From: a virus
Taxonomy: Duplodnaviria > Caudoviricetes
DNA length: 64,000 nt
Strand: one strand, 5' to 3'
Virus record (IMG/VR): IMGVR_UViG_3300046531_000318
Coordinates: 28,867-92,866 of that record
Shown here: positions 36,767-46,614 of the stretch, piece by piece
Layout: each line of letters opens with the position of its first letter
How positions within the stretch are numbered: the stretch's first letter is position 1
Position numbers and translations under genes: made by a program
Notes under the pieces: generated by a model
What the model saw: only the letters and a program-made list of their open reading frames with translations
Database searches by the model: none
Told to the model about the DNA's origin: nothing

Positions 36767-38710
36767 ATGGCATATCAACCAGAAACGCAGACCTACGAAA
36801 CCGGGGTCTATCAACTTGAGATCACCGATCCCGTAGAGGGTGGCGTCGGTGGCCTCTCGAACACGCCGCTGCTGCAACTCGCGAACCGCACCGCCTGGCT
36901 CTATCAGGAGTTGAATCTCCTACTCGACGGCTCTGTCATTCCTTCGACAGTCGCGCCGCTCGACTCTGCTCATCTCACTGGCACGCCCCTGGCGCCCACG
37001 CCGGCGCTTGGCGACAATTCGACCAAGATCGCGACCACCGCATTCGTGCAAGGCACGGTCAACGGCACTTTGACGAAGAGCGTCGCTGGCGGTGCCAACG
37101 TCACACTATCGGCTGTAGAGGCAGGTAATGGCGTCCTGAATCTGACGGGCGCGCTCACTGCCAATATCGCCGTGATTGTGCCGGCCGCCGGAAAGTGGAC
37201 CGTCGTGAACGGCACGTCTGGCGCCTACACGCTCACCGTAAAGACAGCATCCGGTACCGGCGTCGTCGTCACGCAGGGTCGGTCGCAGAACCTGTGGTGT
37301 GACGGGACGAACGTCTACCAGCAGGTGACGGACTTTATCAGCCCGGCGATGACTGGCACGCCGACGGCGCCGACCGCCACCCCGGGCACCAGCACGACGC
37401 AAGCGGCGACAACGGCGTTCGTGCAGACCGCGAAGAATGGTGCGACTACGGTGAACGTCGCGGGGAATGCGAACGTCGCTCTCACGGCTGCGCAGGCGGG
37501 TGTAGGCATCATCCTGCTTACCGGCGCGCTTACTGGCGCGATCACGGTCACCGTGCCCGCCGGCACCGGGCAGTACATCTTCGCGAACAATACGACCGGC
37601 TCGTACACGCTGAGAATCGGCGTCGCGGGCTCCGGTGGCGCGACGGCGATCGTTCCGCAGAATCAGTCCGTGGTCGCGTACAGCGATGCCACGAACATCG
37701 TGCTCGCGGGTGCGGCTTCGTCCAGTTCGTTCACGCGCTACTCGTTCACCGCGACCGCCGGACAGAAGGTGTTCAACGGTGTCTATACGGTCGGAAACGT
37801 GCTGGTGCTCGTCAACGGCGCCGTACAGGCTCCGTCGGATATCACAGCCACCGATAGCGCGACCGTGACGCTCACCGCCTACAACGGCGGCGCTGGCTGC
37901 GTGGCTGGCGATGATGTCGAAATCATCGCCTTTGCTTCGTTCACCGTTGCGAATGCGATGACGCTCGCAGGCGGTACGTTCGTTGGCCCGATCATGCTTG
38001 CAGGAGGGGATACCGGTGTCACACCTGCGCAATTCGATACGAGCACGAAGCTCGCAACGATGGCAGCGGTGCAGCGCGCCCTGGGAAATCTCTCAGGCAC
38101 TCTGGCGATCAACTCGAACACGGCGCTAACCGCCGCCCAGGTCGGGCAATTCATCAACCTTTACGGGACAGGCACCGTCCTGACGCTTCCCGCGATCAGT
38201 TCTGTTCCGTCCGGGTCTACCTTCACGATCTGGTGCTCGTCGGGCGTAACTTGCTCGCTCGCTTCCCAAGGCTCCGACAAGATCTATCTGAGCGCCAGTC
38301 CGTCCACAACGGCGCCGATGGGTGCAGGCGACTTCGTCACCCTGGTCGCGCAGCCTGGCGTCGGTGGTTCAGGTGCCGGATGGACTATCACCAATGGCTC
38401 TATCGGCCTGAAGAACACCCCGGGGTTTGCGTCGGCGCTTGGCGCGCCAGGCTATCAAAAGTTGCCGAGCGGTCTGATCTTCCAGTGGGGCTACTCGGTC
38501 GGTTCTTCGGGCGGGGTAGCAACACAAGTATTCCCGCTTGCATTCCCCACCAACTGCTTAAGCGTCGTGGCAACTCATACGTCTGGCGCCACGGTGTCGG
38601 CAGTGTTTGCAAACATCTACGCGATCGTGGCTTCTCAATTCCAATTCATCACTTGCACTTCGAGCGGCTATACCGCTGACGGTGTGTTTTGGTTTGCAGT
38701 GGGGTATTAA
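36767..38710 (+). CDS. Tail fibre protein
   Basis: GVYQLE.TDPV.GG..G.SN...QLANRT; GTP.APT...NST..ATTAFV repeats; C-terminal GYQKLPSGLI.QWG..FP.AFP..WFAVGY (gp53-like). Confidence 0.9.
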   Translation: MAYQPETQTYETGVYQLEITDPVEGGVGGLSNTPLLQLANRTAWLYQELNLLLDGSVIPSTVAPLDSAHLTGTPLAPTPALGDNSTKIATTAFVQGTVNGTLTKSVAGGANVTLSAVEAGNGVLNLTGALTANIAVIVPAAGKWTVVNGTSGAYTLTVKTASGTGVVVTQGRSQNLWCDGTNVYQQVTDFISPAMTGTPTAPTATPGTSTTQAATTAFVQTAKNGATTVNVAGNANVALTAAQAGVGIILLTGALTGAITVTVPAGTGQYIFANNTTGSYTLRIGVAGSGGATAIVPQNQSVVAYSDATNIVLAGAASSSSFTRYSFTATAGQKVFNGVYTVGNVLVLVNGAVQAPSDITATDSATVTLTAYNGGAGCVAGDDVEIIAFASFTVANAMTLAGGTFVGPIMLAGGDTGVTPAQFDTSTKLATMAAVQRALGNLSGTLAINSNTALTAAQVGQFINLYGTGTVLTLPAISSVPSGSTFTIWCSSGVTCSLASQGSDKIYLSASPSTTAPMGAGDFVTLVAQPGVGGSGAGWTITNGSIGLKNTPGFASALGAPGYQKLPSGLIFQWGYSVGSSGGVATQVFPLAFPTNCLSVVATHTSGATVSAVFANIYAIVASQFQFITCTSSGYTADGVFWFAVGY

Positions 38711-38715
38711 AAATC

Positions 38716-39153
38716 ATGGGCCAGAAATTCGCACACCTCGACGCTGAGCGCTTCGTGATCGGCTTCTACGACGACGAGTGGCACGGCGCCTCCATTCCAT
38801 CGGACGCCGTACCAATTGACGATGAACACCACGTTGAGCTGCTCAATGGACAGTCCATCGGTAAGTGCATGAAGCTCTGCGAGAAGGGCTTGCCGCTTCT
38901 CGTGGACCGACCGGCGCCGACTGACGACGAACTCGCTGCATTGTTGCGCGCTCAACGCGACGCGGCACTGACCGCGACGGATTGGCTCGTTCAGCGGCAC
39001 ATGGACGAGTCGGTGTTTTCGAAAAAGACCACGCTGACGGTCGATCAGGTGCAGGCGCTCGGCGAGTACCGCGCCGCGCTGCGCGACCTCCCGGCCGCCG
39101 ACGGGTTCCCGCACGTCGCGCTGCCGACGGCACCTGATTTCATTGGAGTCTGA
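38716..39153 (+). CDS. Tail fibre assembly chaperone
   Basis: GFY, R..RD..L..TDW, YR.ALRDLP....FP...P..P. Confidence 0.85.
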   Translation: MGQKFAHLDAERFVIGFYDDEWHGASIPSDAVPIDDEHHVELLNGQSIGKCMKLCEKGLPLLVDRPAPTDDELAALLRAQRDAALTATDWLVQRHMDESVFSKKTTLTVDQVQALGEYRAALRDLPAADGFPHVALPTAPDFIGV

Positions 39154-39156
39154 TAG

Positions 39157-39711
39157 ATGGGCGCACGCAATGGATTTTTAGCCGCGCTTGGTGCGTGGCT
39201 GACACCCGATTCGTCGGGCAACATCGCGCACGGTGCTCCGCCGGCGGCCGGCGACAACTCGAACAAGTTGACGACGACCGGTTGGTTCAAGGCTGAGCAA
39301 GCGACCGAAACCGTGCAGGGTACTGCCAAGGTGGCAACACAGGCGGTCACAAACGCTGGCACGGACGACGCCACGATTGTGACGCCCAAGAAGCTGCGGG
39401 CGGGTTTTGCTATCAGCTTGGGCTCGAGCGGCTATATCGCGTTCCCTACGTGGTTAGGCGGGCTGATTATCCAGTGGTCGAATATCACATCTGGCGCCGG
39501 CGGATTGGTCCAATCGGCTTTCCCGATCGCGTTTCCTACCGCATTGCTTGTCGCTGTCGCCAATTACATCGAGGCGGGGAACGGCTTGGGTGTGGTGGCG
39601 ACGGTTTCGAGCAACACCACCAAATCCATTATCCAGGTGAATTGCTTTACCACATCGACCGGCGCTGGTCTGAGCGGCGGCGCTATCTATTACATTGCCT
39701 TTGGATTTTGA
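39157..39711 (+). CDS. Second short tail-fibre protein (gp53-like receptor-binding C-terminus)
   Basis: P..GDNS.K..TT, ATET..G.A.VATQA....GTDD..IVTPKKL, GYI..P.W.GGLIIQW, FPIAFP, YIA.G. Confidence 0.8.
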   Translation: MGARNGFLAALGAWLTPDSSGNIAHGAPPAAGDNSNKLTTTGWFKAEQATETVQGTAKVATQAVTNAGTDDATIVTPKKLRAGFAISLGSSGYIAFPTWLGGLIIQWSNITSGAGGLVQSAFPIAFPTALLVAVANYIEAGNGLGVVATVSSNTTKSIIQVNCFTTSTGAGLSGGAIYYIAFGF

Positions 39712-39714
39712 GAA

Positions 39715-40452
39715 ATGGGCCAAAAACGCGTAGCGTATGACGGATCCGGCAGCATCGTTGCATTTTATGACGATGCCATTAGCCCCGCGCCTAGCGGGGC
39801 GGTAACCATCGCTCTAACGGACGACCAATGGAAGGCTTGCGCATCGGATCAGCGATACAAGGTTGTGAATGGCTCGCTCGTCGCACCCGCGGTTACGCCA
39901 CCGCCGACGGATGCACAGCTGCTTGCAGCTGCGCAGGCCACGCAGGCGCTAGTGATTTCGAATTCATGTGCTGCCGCGATCACGGCAGGCATCTCATCGT
40001 CGGCGCTCGGTACCGCGCATACATACCCGACGAAGGCGACGGATCAGCAGAACCTGAACGCCTCCGTCACGGATGCGCTGATCGCGCGGGCGGACGCTGA
40101 GTGGGCCGCGTCATCCTCAGTAGCGGCTGGGGCCATCCGTGTCGCTGCAGGCGTGCCGTATCTGTGCGTCGTCGGCGGCACGACGGGCCAGGCAGCGCCG
40201 GCGTGGCCTGCTGCTATCGACACCCTCATCAACGACGGCGATGCGCAGTGGCAGTTGTGGACGACCGCGTTCTGGTGTGAGGATGCTGCGGGAAATTGGG
40301 CATGGACCGAGCACACTGCAGCGCAAATCATTCAGGTCGGCCGGGATCTTAAAGCGCAGGTTCTCGCGCTGCAGGCCAAGTGTGCGACGCTCACGGCCAA
40401 GATCGCCGCGTGCACGACAATCGCCGACGTCAATGCGGTCGTATGGGCATGA
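39715..40452 (+). CDS. Tail fibre assembly-type protein (DUF4376-like) with inserted domain
   Basis: MGQK..AYD..G.I.AFYD N-terminus, S.ALG..HTY....DQ.NL, HTAAQI..VG, V.AV.W. Confidence 0.7.
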   Translation: MGQKRVAYDGSGSIVAFYDDAISPAPSGAVTIALTDDQWKACASDQRYKVVNGSLVAPAVTPPPTDAQLLAAAQATQALVISNSCAAAITAGISSSALGTAHTYPTKATDQQNLNASVTDALIARADAEWAASSSVAAGAIRVAAGVPYLCVVGGTTGQAAPAWPAAIDTLINDGDAQWQLWTTAFWCEDAAGNWAWTEHTAAQIIQVGRDLKAQVLALQAKCATLTAKIAACTTIADVNAVVWA

Positions 40453-40895
40453 AGTTCGCCTTCTACAAGGGCAACGCCACGCTGCTCGATAAGTTCATCG
40501 CGTGGTGGATGCGCGGCACCTACTCGCACGTCGAGGCGATCCTCGAGGAAGAGGCGGCCGGCACGTACACCATCGCGTCGTCGGTGCCCGGTACCGGCGT
40601 GCGGATCGCCACCGGACAGTCGTTGCCGGTGAGCGATTGGGACATTGTCGACGGGCCCGGCGACGTCGCCGCGGCGCGCGCGTGGTTTGAGGCGCGCGTT
40701 GGAAAGGCCTACGACTACATCGGCCTGTTCGGCTTCGTGCTGCGGCCGGCGACAATCGACGCGAAGGACAAGTACTGGTGCTCGGAGGCGTGCTTGCTCT
40801 CTATCGGCTATCAGGGGGCGTGGCGGGAGGATCCGAATAGCATGTATAGCGTCGTTTCTTTCGCAGGGTCAGCCTTTCCGCTCAGCCACGGATAG
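40449..40895 (+). CDS. Permuted NlpC/P60 (YiiX/C92-like) phage protein
   Basis: YSHVE, GK.YD..G, ..WCSE motifs; ATGA-coupled. Confidence 0.72.
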   Translation: MKFAFYKGNATLLDKFIAWWMRGTYSHVEAILEEEAAGTYTIASSVPGTGVRIATGQSLPVSDWDIVDGPGDVAAARAWFEARVGKAYDYIGLFGFVLRPATIDAKDKYWCSEACLLSIGYQGAWREDPNSMYSVVSFAGSAFPLSHG

Positions 40896-41744
40896 ACGCG
40901 CGGCGCCCGGTACGTGGTCGCTGGCGCTCGCTTCCATCGCGCGCCAGCTTTGCACTGTCTGCTCTTTGTCGTCGGACACCCGCATCGCCACAAAAAACTC
41001 CATGTCGTACCGCTCTGTGTCATGGAATCCGGCGCAGGCGAAGTCGATCAGATCCAGTTCAGCCATCTCACGGAAGAGCCGCGCGAAAGACTTGGGCGTG
41101 AACACCCAGCAGTGCGCGTCGTGGTACGCCCCGTTGTCGATGATGTCTCGAGCCACACCAATGGCGGTCTCGATGCCGTGGTGCCGCTCGACAAGGTCTG
41201 GGTCAAGGACGCGATCCCACGCCTCGCGTTGATCCACTTTTGCGACGTGCATGCAGTAGTCGATAAGCACGTGCGGCTGCGGGATGCGTGCGCGAATCAG
41301 GTTGCAATAGAGCACGGAGTCGATACGTGTCTCGTTCCGCAGATAGTCAAACGTGAACCTCTTGTCGGGCACGATCAGCCTGACTTCGCCGGCCGCGTTC
41401 AGAACGCTGCGCAATTCGCCGAGCCATCCGATGAGGTCTGGCACATGCTCGATAACGTGAGACGCAACCACATAGTCGACAGTCTTTCCTCCTACCGCTT
41501 CCTGCAGCGTGTTTTCGCCCCACACGGCGTCAACTTGGACGATGGCATCGGGGTCGACGTCCGGATCGTTTTTGTACTTCTCCTTTAGTGCCTCAGTGCT
41601 CGCGTGGTCGACGTAGATCACGGCGCCGTCGTTTCTGCTGGTGAACGGGCGGCACAGCGCACCGATCTCCAAACCAACGGCATCGCGCAGGTTCAGGCCT
41701 GACAAGAGTTTTTGCTTCCGGACGTTTTGATTTGGTGTGGTCAT
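40869..41744 (-). CDS. Class I SAM-dependent methyltransferase moron
   Basis: GLEIG, YVD, DYVVASHVIEHVPD, L...G...L.VPDKRFTFD, H.WVF; opposite strand. Confidence 0.82.
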   Translation of the reverse strand: MTTPNQNVRKQKLLSGLNLRDAVGLEIGALCRPFTSRNDGAVIYVDHASTEALKEKYKNDPDVDPDAIVQVDAVWGENTLQEAVGGKTVDYVVASHVIEHVPDLIGWLGELRSVLNAAGEVRLIVPDKRFTFDYLRNETRIDSVLYCNLIRARIPQPHVLIDYCMHVAKVDQREAWDRVLDPDLVERHHGIETAIGVARDIIDNGAYHDAHCWVFTPKSFARLFREMAELDLIDFACAGFHDTERYDMEFFVAMRVSDDKEQTVQSWRAMEASASDHVPGAARLSVAERKG

Positions 41745-41876
41745 GGCTCTCGAGCTTCGTGCTTTTCTCGGTAAAAAGTCGCGGGGAATCATACCTCAAG
41801 CCTACCGTTGACCCATGTCAGACATGGACGCCGCAGGGCATGGATGCAATGCGCGCGTCCTTGTGTGGCGCTGCGC

Positions 41877-41892
41877 GTCGTGACGCCACACT
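41877..41892 (+). promoter_or_regulatory. Putative late promoter (GTCGTGACGC-CACACT) for lysis cassette
   Basis: Motif copy. Confidence 0.75.
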
Positions 41893-41938
41893 CGAATTCA
41901 CGGGCTCGCACCGGGCGCGATTTAACCGTGAATTGGAT

Positions 41939-42247
41939 ATGAAGATGGAATGGATGCCGCTGGTTATTGCTTTGGTTTCGCTGGTCCTTAGCGGCTTCTG
42001 CACAGTCCTCTGGTTCCTTTACCTGAGTGTTAGGCAGGACGCGCGCGACGCGCTAAGGGAACTGGCGCTGCACAAGCTGCACGTCGCTGAAACCTGCGTG
42101 ACCAAGGATGGCCTTGAGAAGGCGATCGCGAGTCTCGATCAAACGATCGGGCGTCTCATCGACGCCGTCAATAAGAACGCAGAGGAAACCCGGCTGGGCC
42201 TCTCCGAAATCCACCGTCGTATCGATGGCAAGGCGGACAAACAATGA
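41939..42247 (+). CDS. Single-TM coiled-coil lysis-associated protein (holin/antiholin-like)
   Basis: N-terminal TM helix, L..HKLHVAE..V.K..L, I..RID. Confidence 0.6.
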   Translation: MKMEWMPLVIALVSLVLSGFCTVLWFLYLSVRQDARDALRELALHKLHVAETCVTKDGLEKAIASLDQTIGRLIDAVNKNAEETRLGLSEIHRRIDGKADKQ

Positions 42248-42516
42248 AGCTCTCACTCTCTGAGGACTGGCGCTCGCTGCATAAGCGGCTGTCCGTCATC
42301 CTCCCGGCTGTATGTGCAGCCATCTCCGCCTTTGGTCCTGAAATCCGCGACGCGTGGCACTCGGTGCCCGACGACCTGAAGGCCATTATCCCAGCGCACC
42401 TGCAACAGGCGATTGCCTACGCAATCCTGTTCTGCGCGCTCGTCGGCGCTCATTACGTGCAGGTACAGCGACGGGCGCCGGATGCACCACCTGCGCCGCC
42501 GGAGAATCCGCAATGA
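42244..42516 (+). CDS. Holin
   Basis: L..DWR...K..S, two hydrophobic segments, upstream of the lysozyme. Confidence 0.7.
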   Translation: MKLSLSEDWRSLHKRLSVILPAVCAAISAFGPEIRDAWHSVPDDLKAIIPAHLQQAIAYAILFCALVGAHYVQVQRRAPDAPPAPPENPQ

Positions 42517-43334
42517 TCAGCGCGCTCGTGAAAATCTTCGCTTCGCTGTTCGGGCGGACGGCTGATGCGAGCGCTCCGGTCATTGCTGCGCCGGCCGCGC
42601 CCGCGAGCGCAGCGCGCCTTGAGCCAGAGACGCCGCCGGCGACAACGGTCGTCGTGCCTGCTGTGCCGCAGCCTGCCGCGGTGGCGCCCGTCTCGAAGGC
42701 CGATCCCGCGCCGGAAGTGCCAAAAGTGGCACCAATCGTGGTCCCCGGGTGGATCTCGCTGTGCCGGCAGATGACTCAGCACTTCGAGCGCTGCTATCTG
42801 ATCGCGTATCCGGATCCCATGTCGGCGCTCGGGAAAGCGCTACAGGCGCGCGGGCTGTGGTTCAAGGTGCTGGCGGGTGCAGCGATCCCCGACGAGCCCG
42901 CGCTGCGCGCTCTGAGTGGCTCGCCGTGGACGTGCGGGTGGGGCTCCACCGGCTCGGACGTCGTTGAAGGAACGGTATGGGCGCAGTCGTATGCCGATTG
43001 GCGTCTGGACGCGGGGCTCAAGGTGGCCGGAGCAGTGGTCGATGGTGCGGTGAAGGTGCCGCTGTCAGCCGCGCAAAAGGCCGCGCTCGCGGATCTCGTC
43101 TACAACGTCGGCGCCGGCCGCGCCGCGCACGGCACTGACCCGGGCCGCGACGGCATCGTTGTGCTGGCAAGCGGTAAGCCGTCGACGCTGCTCACGAAGC
43201 TAAATGCCGGCGACTACGCGGGCTGTGCTGAGGCGATTCTCGACTGGAACCGCGCCGGCGGGGCGGTTTCGACGGGTCTCCAGTCGCGGCGCACGGCCAA
43301 TCGCAAGATGTTTCTCACGGGAGCATGGCAATGA
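42513..43334 (+). CDS. Endolysin, GH24 lysozyme with Pro/Ala-rich N-terminal extension
   Basis: FE.C.L.AY.DP, PWT.GWG.T, AL..L.YNVG, STLL.KLNAGDY.G, W..AGG.V..GL..RR. Confidence 0.88.
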   Translation: MISALVKIFASLFGRTADASAPVIAAPAAPASAARLEPETPPATTVVVPAVPQPAAVAPVSKADPAPEVPKVAPIVVPGWISLCRQMTQHFERCYLIAYPDPMSALGKALQARGLWFKVLAGAAIPDEPALRALSGSPWTCGWGSTGSDVVEGTVWAQSYADWRLDAGLKVAGAVVDGAVKVPLSAAQKAALADLVYNVGAGRAAHGTDPGRDGIVVLASGKPSTLLTKLNAGDYAGCAEAILDWNRAGGAVSTGLQSRRTANRKMFLTGAWQ

Positions 43335-43831
43335 TGGAAGTGTTAAAGGCTTTGGCGTCGCATTGGGCGCTCACAGGCGGCTTGGCCGTCGTCGTTGCGG
43401 TGTTCGTGTGGCTGGCGGTCAGTCTCGGCCCTGCGTGGCTCCTGACGCATTGGGCGGTGGTGCTCGACACCGTCGTCGTCCTAGTCGCAGGTGCTGTGAT
43501 TCTCTGGCTGTACGTGTTGCTCGAGCAGCAGCGCGTGGCTACGTCGACGGCCGAGGCGAATTACCAGACCACGCTCGCCCAGGCGCGCGTGCTCGAGGCG
43601 ACAAACAGGGATCAGGCGGGGGCGATCGTGCGACAAAGCGCGTCAGTCGCGCAGGCTGCATCCGAAAGCGAGGCGCGATCTCGGGCGGCCGGTGCGGCGA
43701 TTGCCGCGGCAGAGAAGCGGGGCGCGGCCGACAGAAAGACCATCGCGGCGCTGCGTGCGCGTGCGGCGGATCCGAAAACGAACCAAGGGACGTGTGATGA
43801 AGAGATTGCTCACCTGCGCGCTGCTCTGTAG
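43331..43831 (+). CDS. i-spanin (Rz-like)
   Basis: N-terminal TM segments, Ala-rich coiled coil, terminal Cys. Confidence 0.7.
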   Translation: MMEVLKALASHWALTGGLAVVVAVFVWLAVSLGPAWLLTHWAVVLDTVVVLVAGAVILWLYVLLEQQRVATSTAEANYQTTLAQARVLEATNRDQAGAIVRQSASVAQAASESEARSRAAGAAIAAAEKRGAADRKTIAALRARAADPKTNQGTCDEEIAHLRAAL

Positions 43832-44138
43832 CGCCATGCTCGCCGGCTGTGTGTCGGCGCCGACTCAGCCCACGCTCACGGAGACGAAGGCGGTTGAGGC
43901 GAAGGTGATTGTATCGACGCCATGTGTGGCGGCAATCCCGCAGCCGGACACCGAGTTCCTCTCCGACAAGCTGCTTCTAACCGGGTCGGGCAGTCAGGTG
44001 GCGGACCAGCTTTGGGCGGATCATCTCGAGCGCCGCGATTACATCGACAAGCTGGTGGCGGCGCTCACGGGTTGCATGGCGCCGCAGTCGTCCAGCGCGC
44101 TACAGCTGCCGAAGCTGGCGGGCGTGCCGCTTCAATAG
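43797..44138 (+). CDS. o-spanin lipoprotein (Rz1-like)
   Basis: Lipobox LAGC after MKRLL..; overlaps the end of the i-spanin. Confidence 0.8.
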   Translation: MKRLLTCALLCSAMLAGCVSAPTQPTLTETKAVEAKVIVSTPCVAAIPQPDTEFLSDKLLLTGSGSQVADQLWADHLERRDYIDKLVAALTGCMAPQSSSALQLPKLAGVPLQ

Positions 44139-44333
44139 GTCCGTACAGTCGGTACAAAAATGCCGCCCGCGAGCGCGTCGCTCGGGCGGCATTTTTTCAT
44201 CGCATTCTTCGCAGACCTCCGGCCCGTACTGTTCGTCGCCCGGCTTGAACTCCGGCGCTGGCTGGCGGCCGGTTGTATTGAGCCGCGCCCACTCGGCGGC
44301 CTCATGGTCTTGCGCCTTATCTTCCAGGCTCAT
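44100..44333 (-). CDS. TraR/DksA-type C4 zinc-finger protein
   Basis: D.AQ..E, CEEC...P.ERR.....C.DC. Confidence 0.8.
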   Translation of the reverse strand: MSLEDKAQDHEAAEWARLNTTGRQPAPEFKPGDEQYGPEVCEECDEKMPPERRARGRHFCTDCTDLLKRHARQLRQL

Positions 44334-44405
44334 CTGTCACACCTTCAGGAAACGCCCCACGGCGGGGCTTGTCCTGAGTGTGTTGTCCCGACTTTCCTCT
44401 AGCGG

Positions 44406-44648
44406 TCAGTCAGCGAACCACGCGAGCGCTACGCGGCGCAACGTCGCGCGTTCTTCATCTGTCAGTGTGTCGCGCCCGAGCGCCTCGATGTCGGAAATCT
44501 GCGCGTCGGTGAACGGCTCATTGCGCCACGCGAGGGCCAATCCCTTCAGGAACCGCACCACGTTGTGCGAACCCGGGCCATCCAGACCGGCTGGCAGTCC
44601 CGTTTTACCGCCCGAAATATCACAATTTGACATAAAAAGAATTATCAA
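44406..44648 (-). CDS. Hypothetical protein
   Basis: Short ORF between same-strand genes; start uncertain. Confidence 0.35.
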   Translation of the reverse strand: MIILFMSNCDISGGKTGLPAGLDGPGSHNVVRFLKGLALAWRNEPFTDAQISDIEALGRDTLTDEERATLRRVALAWFAD

Positions 44649-44668
44649 CCGGACAAATCGCGGCGCGG

Positions 44669-44899
44669 TCAGTGGATGTATTTCAGCGCACCGAACAGCG
44701 CGAGCGCGATGCCGAACTGCCAGCCGATGAGCTTGGCTTCGGTCTTTGCGAGCGCGGCGGCCAAGTCTGCCTTTGTGACGGCCGACTCTTTGAAGCCAGC
44801 GTTTAGCTCGTCGGCGACGGCCTCTGCCTGCTTGCGATCCATTCCGGCGTCCGTCAGCCGCTTGGTCAGTTTCAACGTGTCGATCATGGTTGAATCCAT
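44669..44899 (-). CDS. DUF1640/CCDC90-like membrane-anchored coiled-coil protein
   Basis: DTL....L..AG....QAEA, VTKADL, C-terminal TM. Confidence 0.75.
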   Translation of the reverse strand: MDSTMIDTLKLTKRLTDAGMDRKQAEAVADELNAGFKESAVTKADLAAALAKTEAKLIGWQFGIALALFGALKYIH

Positions 44900-44935
44900 C
44901 GTTTGTCGTTGGTTTTCAAGGATTAATGTACCACT

Positions 44936-46168
44936 TCACGTGTTGCCTCGCGCTGCCACAACTCCCGACGCCCGTTGAATGGTGAACGCCCGGTAAGCGG
45001 TGTTCTCGGCAGCCTTTTTGAACCGGCCCTGTTCGGAGTCGTAGCTTGTCGATCCAGTTTCGGCGATGAATTCGGCGGCAATCATCGATCGCTCGCCGTC
45101 GGTCAAACTGGCAACCATCGCGCGCGTCTTTGCCGCCTGTGCATCCTTCTCCGCTTCCTCCCGCTGCGCCACTGCATTTTTGCCAGCCATCGGCTCCGGC
45201 GGCTTTTCTGCTGCCGGTGGTCGCTTCAATCGCTCCGGCTCCGTCGCGTAGACGGCCTGCGCGTACGCACCAATGTTCCGGATCGGCTTGTTGCGGGCCT
45301 TCTGTGCTGCTTCTTCGGTCGCTATTGCAGTCAGCAGCGCACGTTCGGGCGTTTGCTGAATCCACGCGATCGCAAGTTGGCCTCCGATACCGATCGCGTT
45401 CAGCCGGGTGAACAGTTCCGACGCGCGGATCTCTGCCTCCTGTGCCTCGCTTATCTCGATCAACGACTGCTGTCGGGCATACTCGACGTCGAACCTGATT
45501 GCGACGACGCTGCGGTTTTCGCGCTTATATTCCGGTGTTATCGTGATGTTCGACAGGGCATTGACTTCGGCTATCGCTGGCTTCAGCACCTTGTCGGAAA
45601 ACCGTTTGAATGCGTTGTAAAGCTCAGACTGTGCGCCAAGCAGAGCACGCCACATGTCTACCGCGATCCAGCCAGTCCCGCTTTCGTATCCTGGGCGCTT
45701 CACATATCGGACGCAGTTCTCGTACAGGGCCAGCGCATACGCGCCGCGCAGCTTCCGTTGAACTCCGATACTGATCACTGCATAAATGTCCGGGTTCGCA
45801 AGGCGTTCTGCTAAAAACTCGCTGTACTCGTAGGTGCAGATGCCATCTTCAATCCCGGCATAGGAGAGCGGCGGGGCTGCTGCCCACTTCCCTTTTTTCT
45901 TGTCCGAGTTGAACAGGTCAAACGTGATCGGCGTGCTCATGATCCCGAGCAGCGCCTTTTTCAGGTGGTCAATATTGTTGCTTTTGACGTCCAGCATTGC
46001 GTAAAGCGTGCTCACCGGAAGCGTGAATTTTCGCTTGCTCGGAAGGTCGTCATAGGCGTTCAAAAGCAGCAGGTTGACGAGTCTGCGCTCGAGAAGCGAT
46101 AGCTCACCGCTTACGTGGACGGCGGATACGTGCTTGCGCACCTCCGACGATGGCGTGATGTTCTGCAT
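44936..46168 (-). CDS. repA: Plasmid replication initiator (Rep_3/RepB family)
   Basis: LSLLE.....L, YA..LYE, Y..F..F...VLKPA..E.N....I; adjacent iteron array; AGGAG RBS. Confidence 0.88.
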   Translation of the reverse strand: MQNITPSSEVRKHVSAVHVSGELSLLERRLVNLLLLNAYDDLPSKRKFTLPVSTLYAMLDVKSNNIDHLKKALLGIMSTPITFDLFNSDKKKGKWAAAPPLSYAGIEDGICTYEYSEFLAERLANPDIYAVISIGVQRKLRGAYALALYENCVRYVKRPGYESGTGWIAVDMWRALLGAQSELYNAFKRFSDKVLKPAIAEVNALSNITITPEYKRENRSVVAIRFDVEYARQQSLIEISEAQEAEIRASELFTRLNAIGIGGQLAIAWIQQTPERALLTAIATEEAAQKARNKPIRNIGAYAQAVYATEPERLKRPPAAEKPPEPMAGKNAVAQREEAEKDAQAAKTRAMVASLTDGERSMIAAEFIAETGSTSYDSEQGRFKKAAENTAYRAFTIQRASGVVAARGNT

Positions 46169-46230
46169 GTGGTGCTCTCTCCTTTCGGCTAATCACTGTA
46201 TGACGAAAGGGCACGACTTGCAATCAATCC

Positions 46231-46483
46231 GGTGTCCTTTGGAAAGGACACCGTCTTTGGGATGCTCCCCCAAGGACTGTGTCCTTTCCCCCAAGGATGG
46301 TGTCCATTCCCCAAAGATTGGGTCCTTTGGTTGCCGGCAAAATCAAAAACGTGCTTTTAAATCAAATGGATGCGGCTCGCTGCACAGTGATCTGCCCCTC
46401 ATCCCAACGATAGTGTCCTTTCCCAAAGATGGTGTCCTTCTCATCCCAGGCTTGGTGTCTTTTCATCCCAAACTTGGTGTCCT
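46231..46483. repeat. Iteron array of plasmid origin
   Basis: Seven ~20-bp direct repeats CCCAA(A/G)GAT(G)GTGTCCTTT in groups of 3 and 4, plus the inverted repeat GGTGTCCTTT-GG-AAAGGACACC (46231-46252) near the repA promoter. Confidence 0.85.
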
Positions 46484-46524
46484 GATTCGGCTGAATCCGT
46501 TGCTGGCATTGGATTCCACCGGTC

Positions 46525-46582
46525 TAAAGGTTTTTAAAGGATGTTTTCTTTAAAGATCAACATCGATAGGCGATGATTTTTT
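46525..46582. other. AT-rich unwinding element of plasmid origin
   Basis: TAAAG repeats and AT-rich tract next to the iterons. Confidence 0.6.
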
Positions 46583-46614
46583 GACAGCCTTTTCCATCCC
46601 CTCCCCGCGTTGCC

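Noticed and set aside
38440-39711. Diversity-generating retroelement or invertible tail-fibre switch
   Set aside because: The two tip domains are too divergent for a TR/VR pair, lie in the same orientation, and no reverse transcriptase or invertase is in the window.
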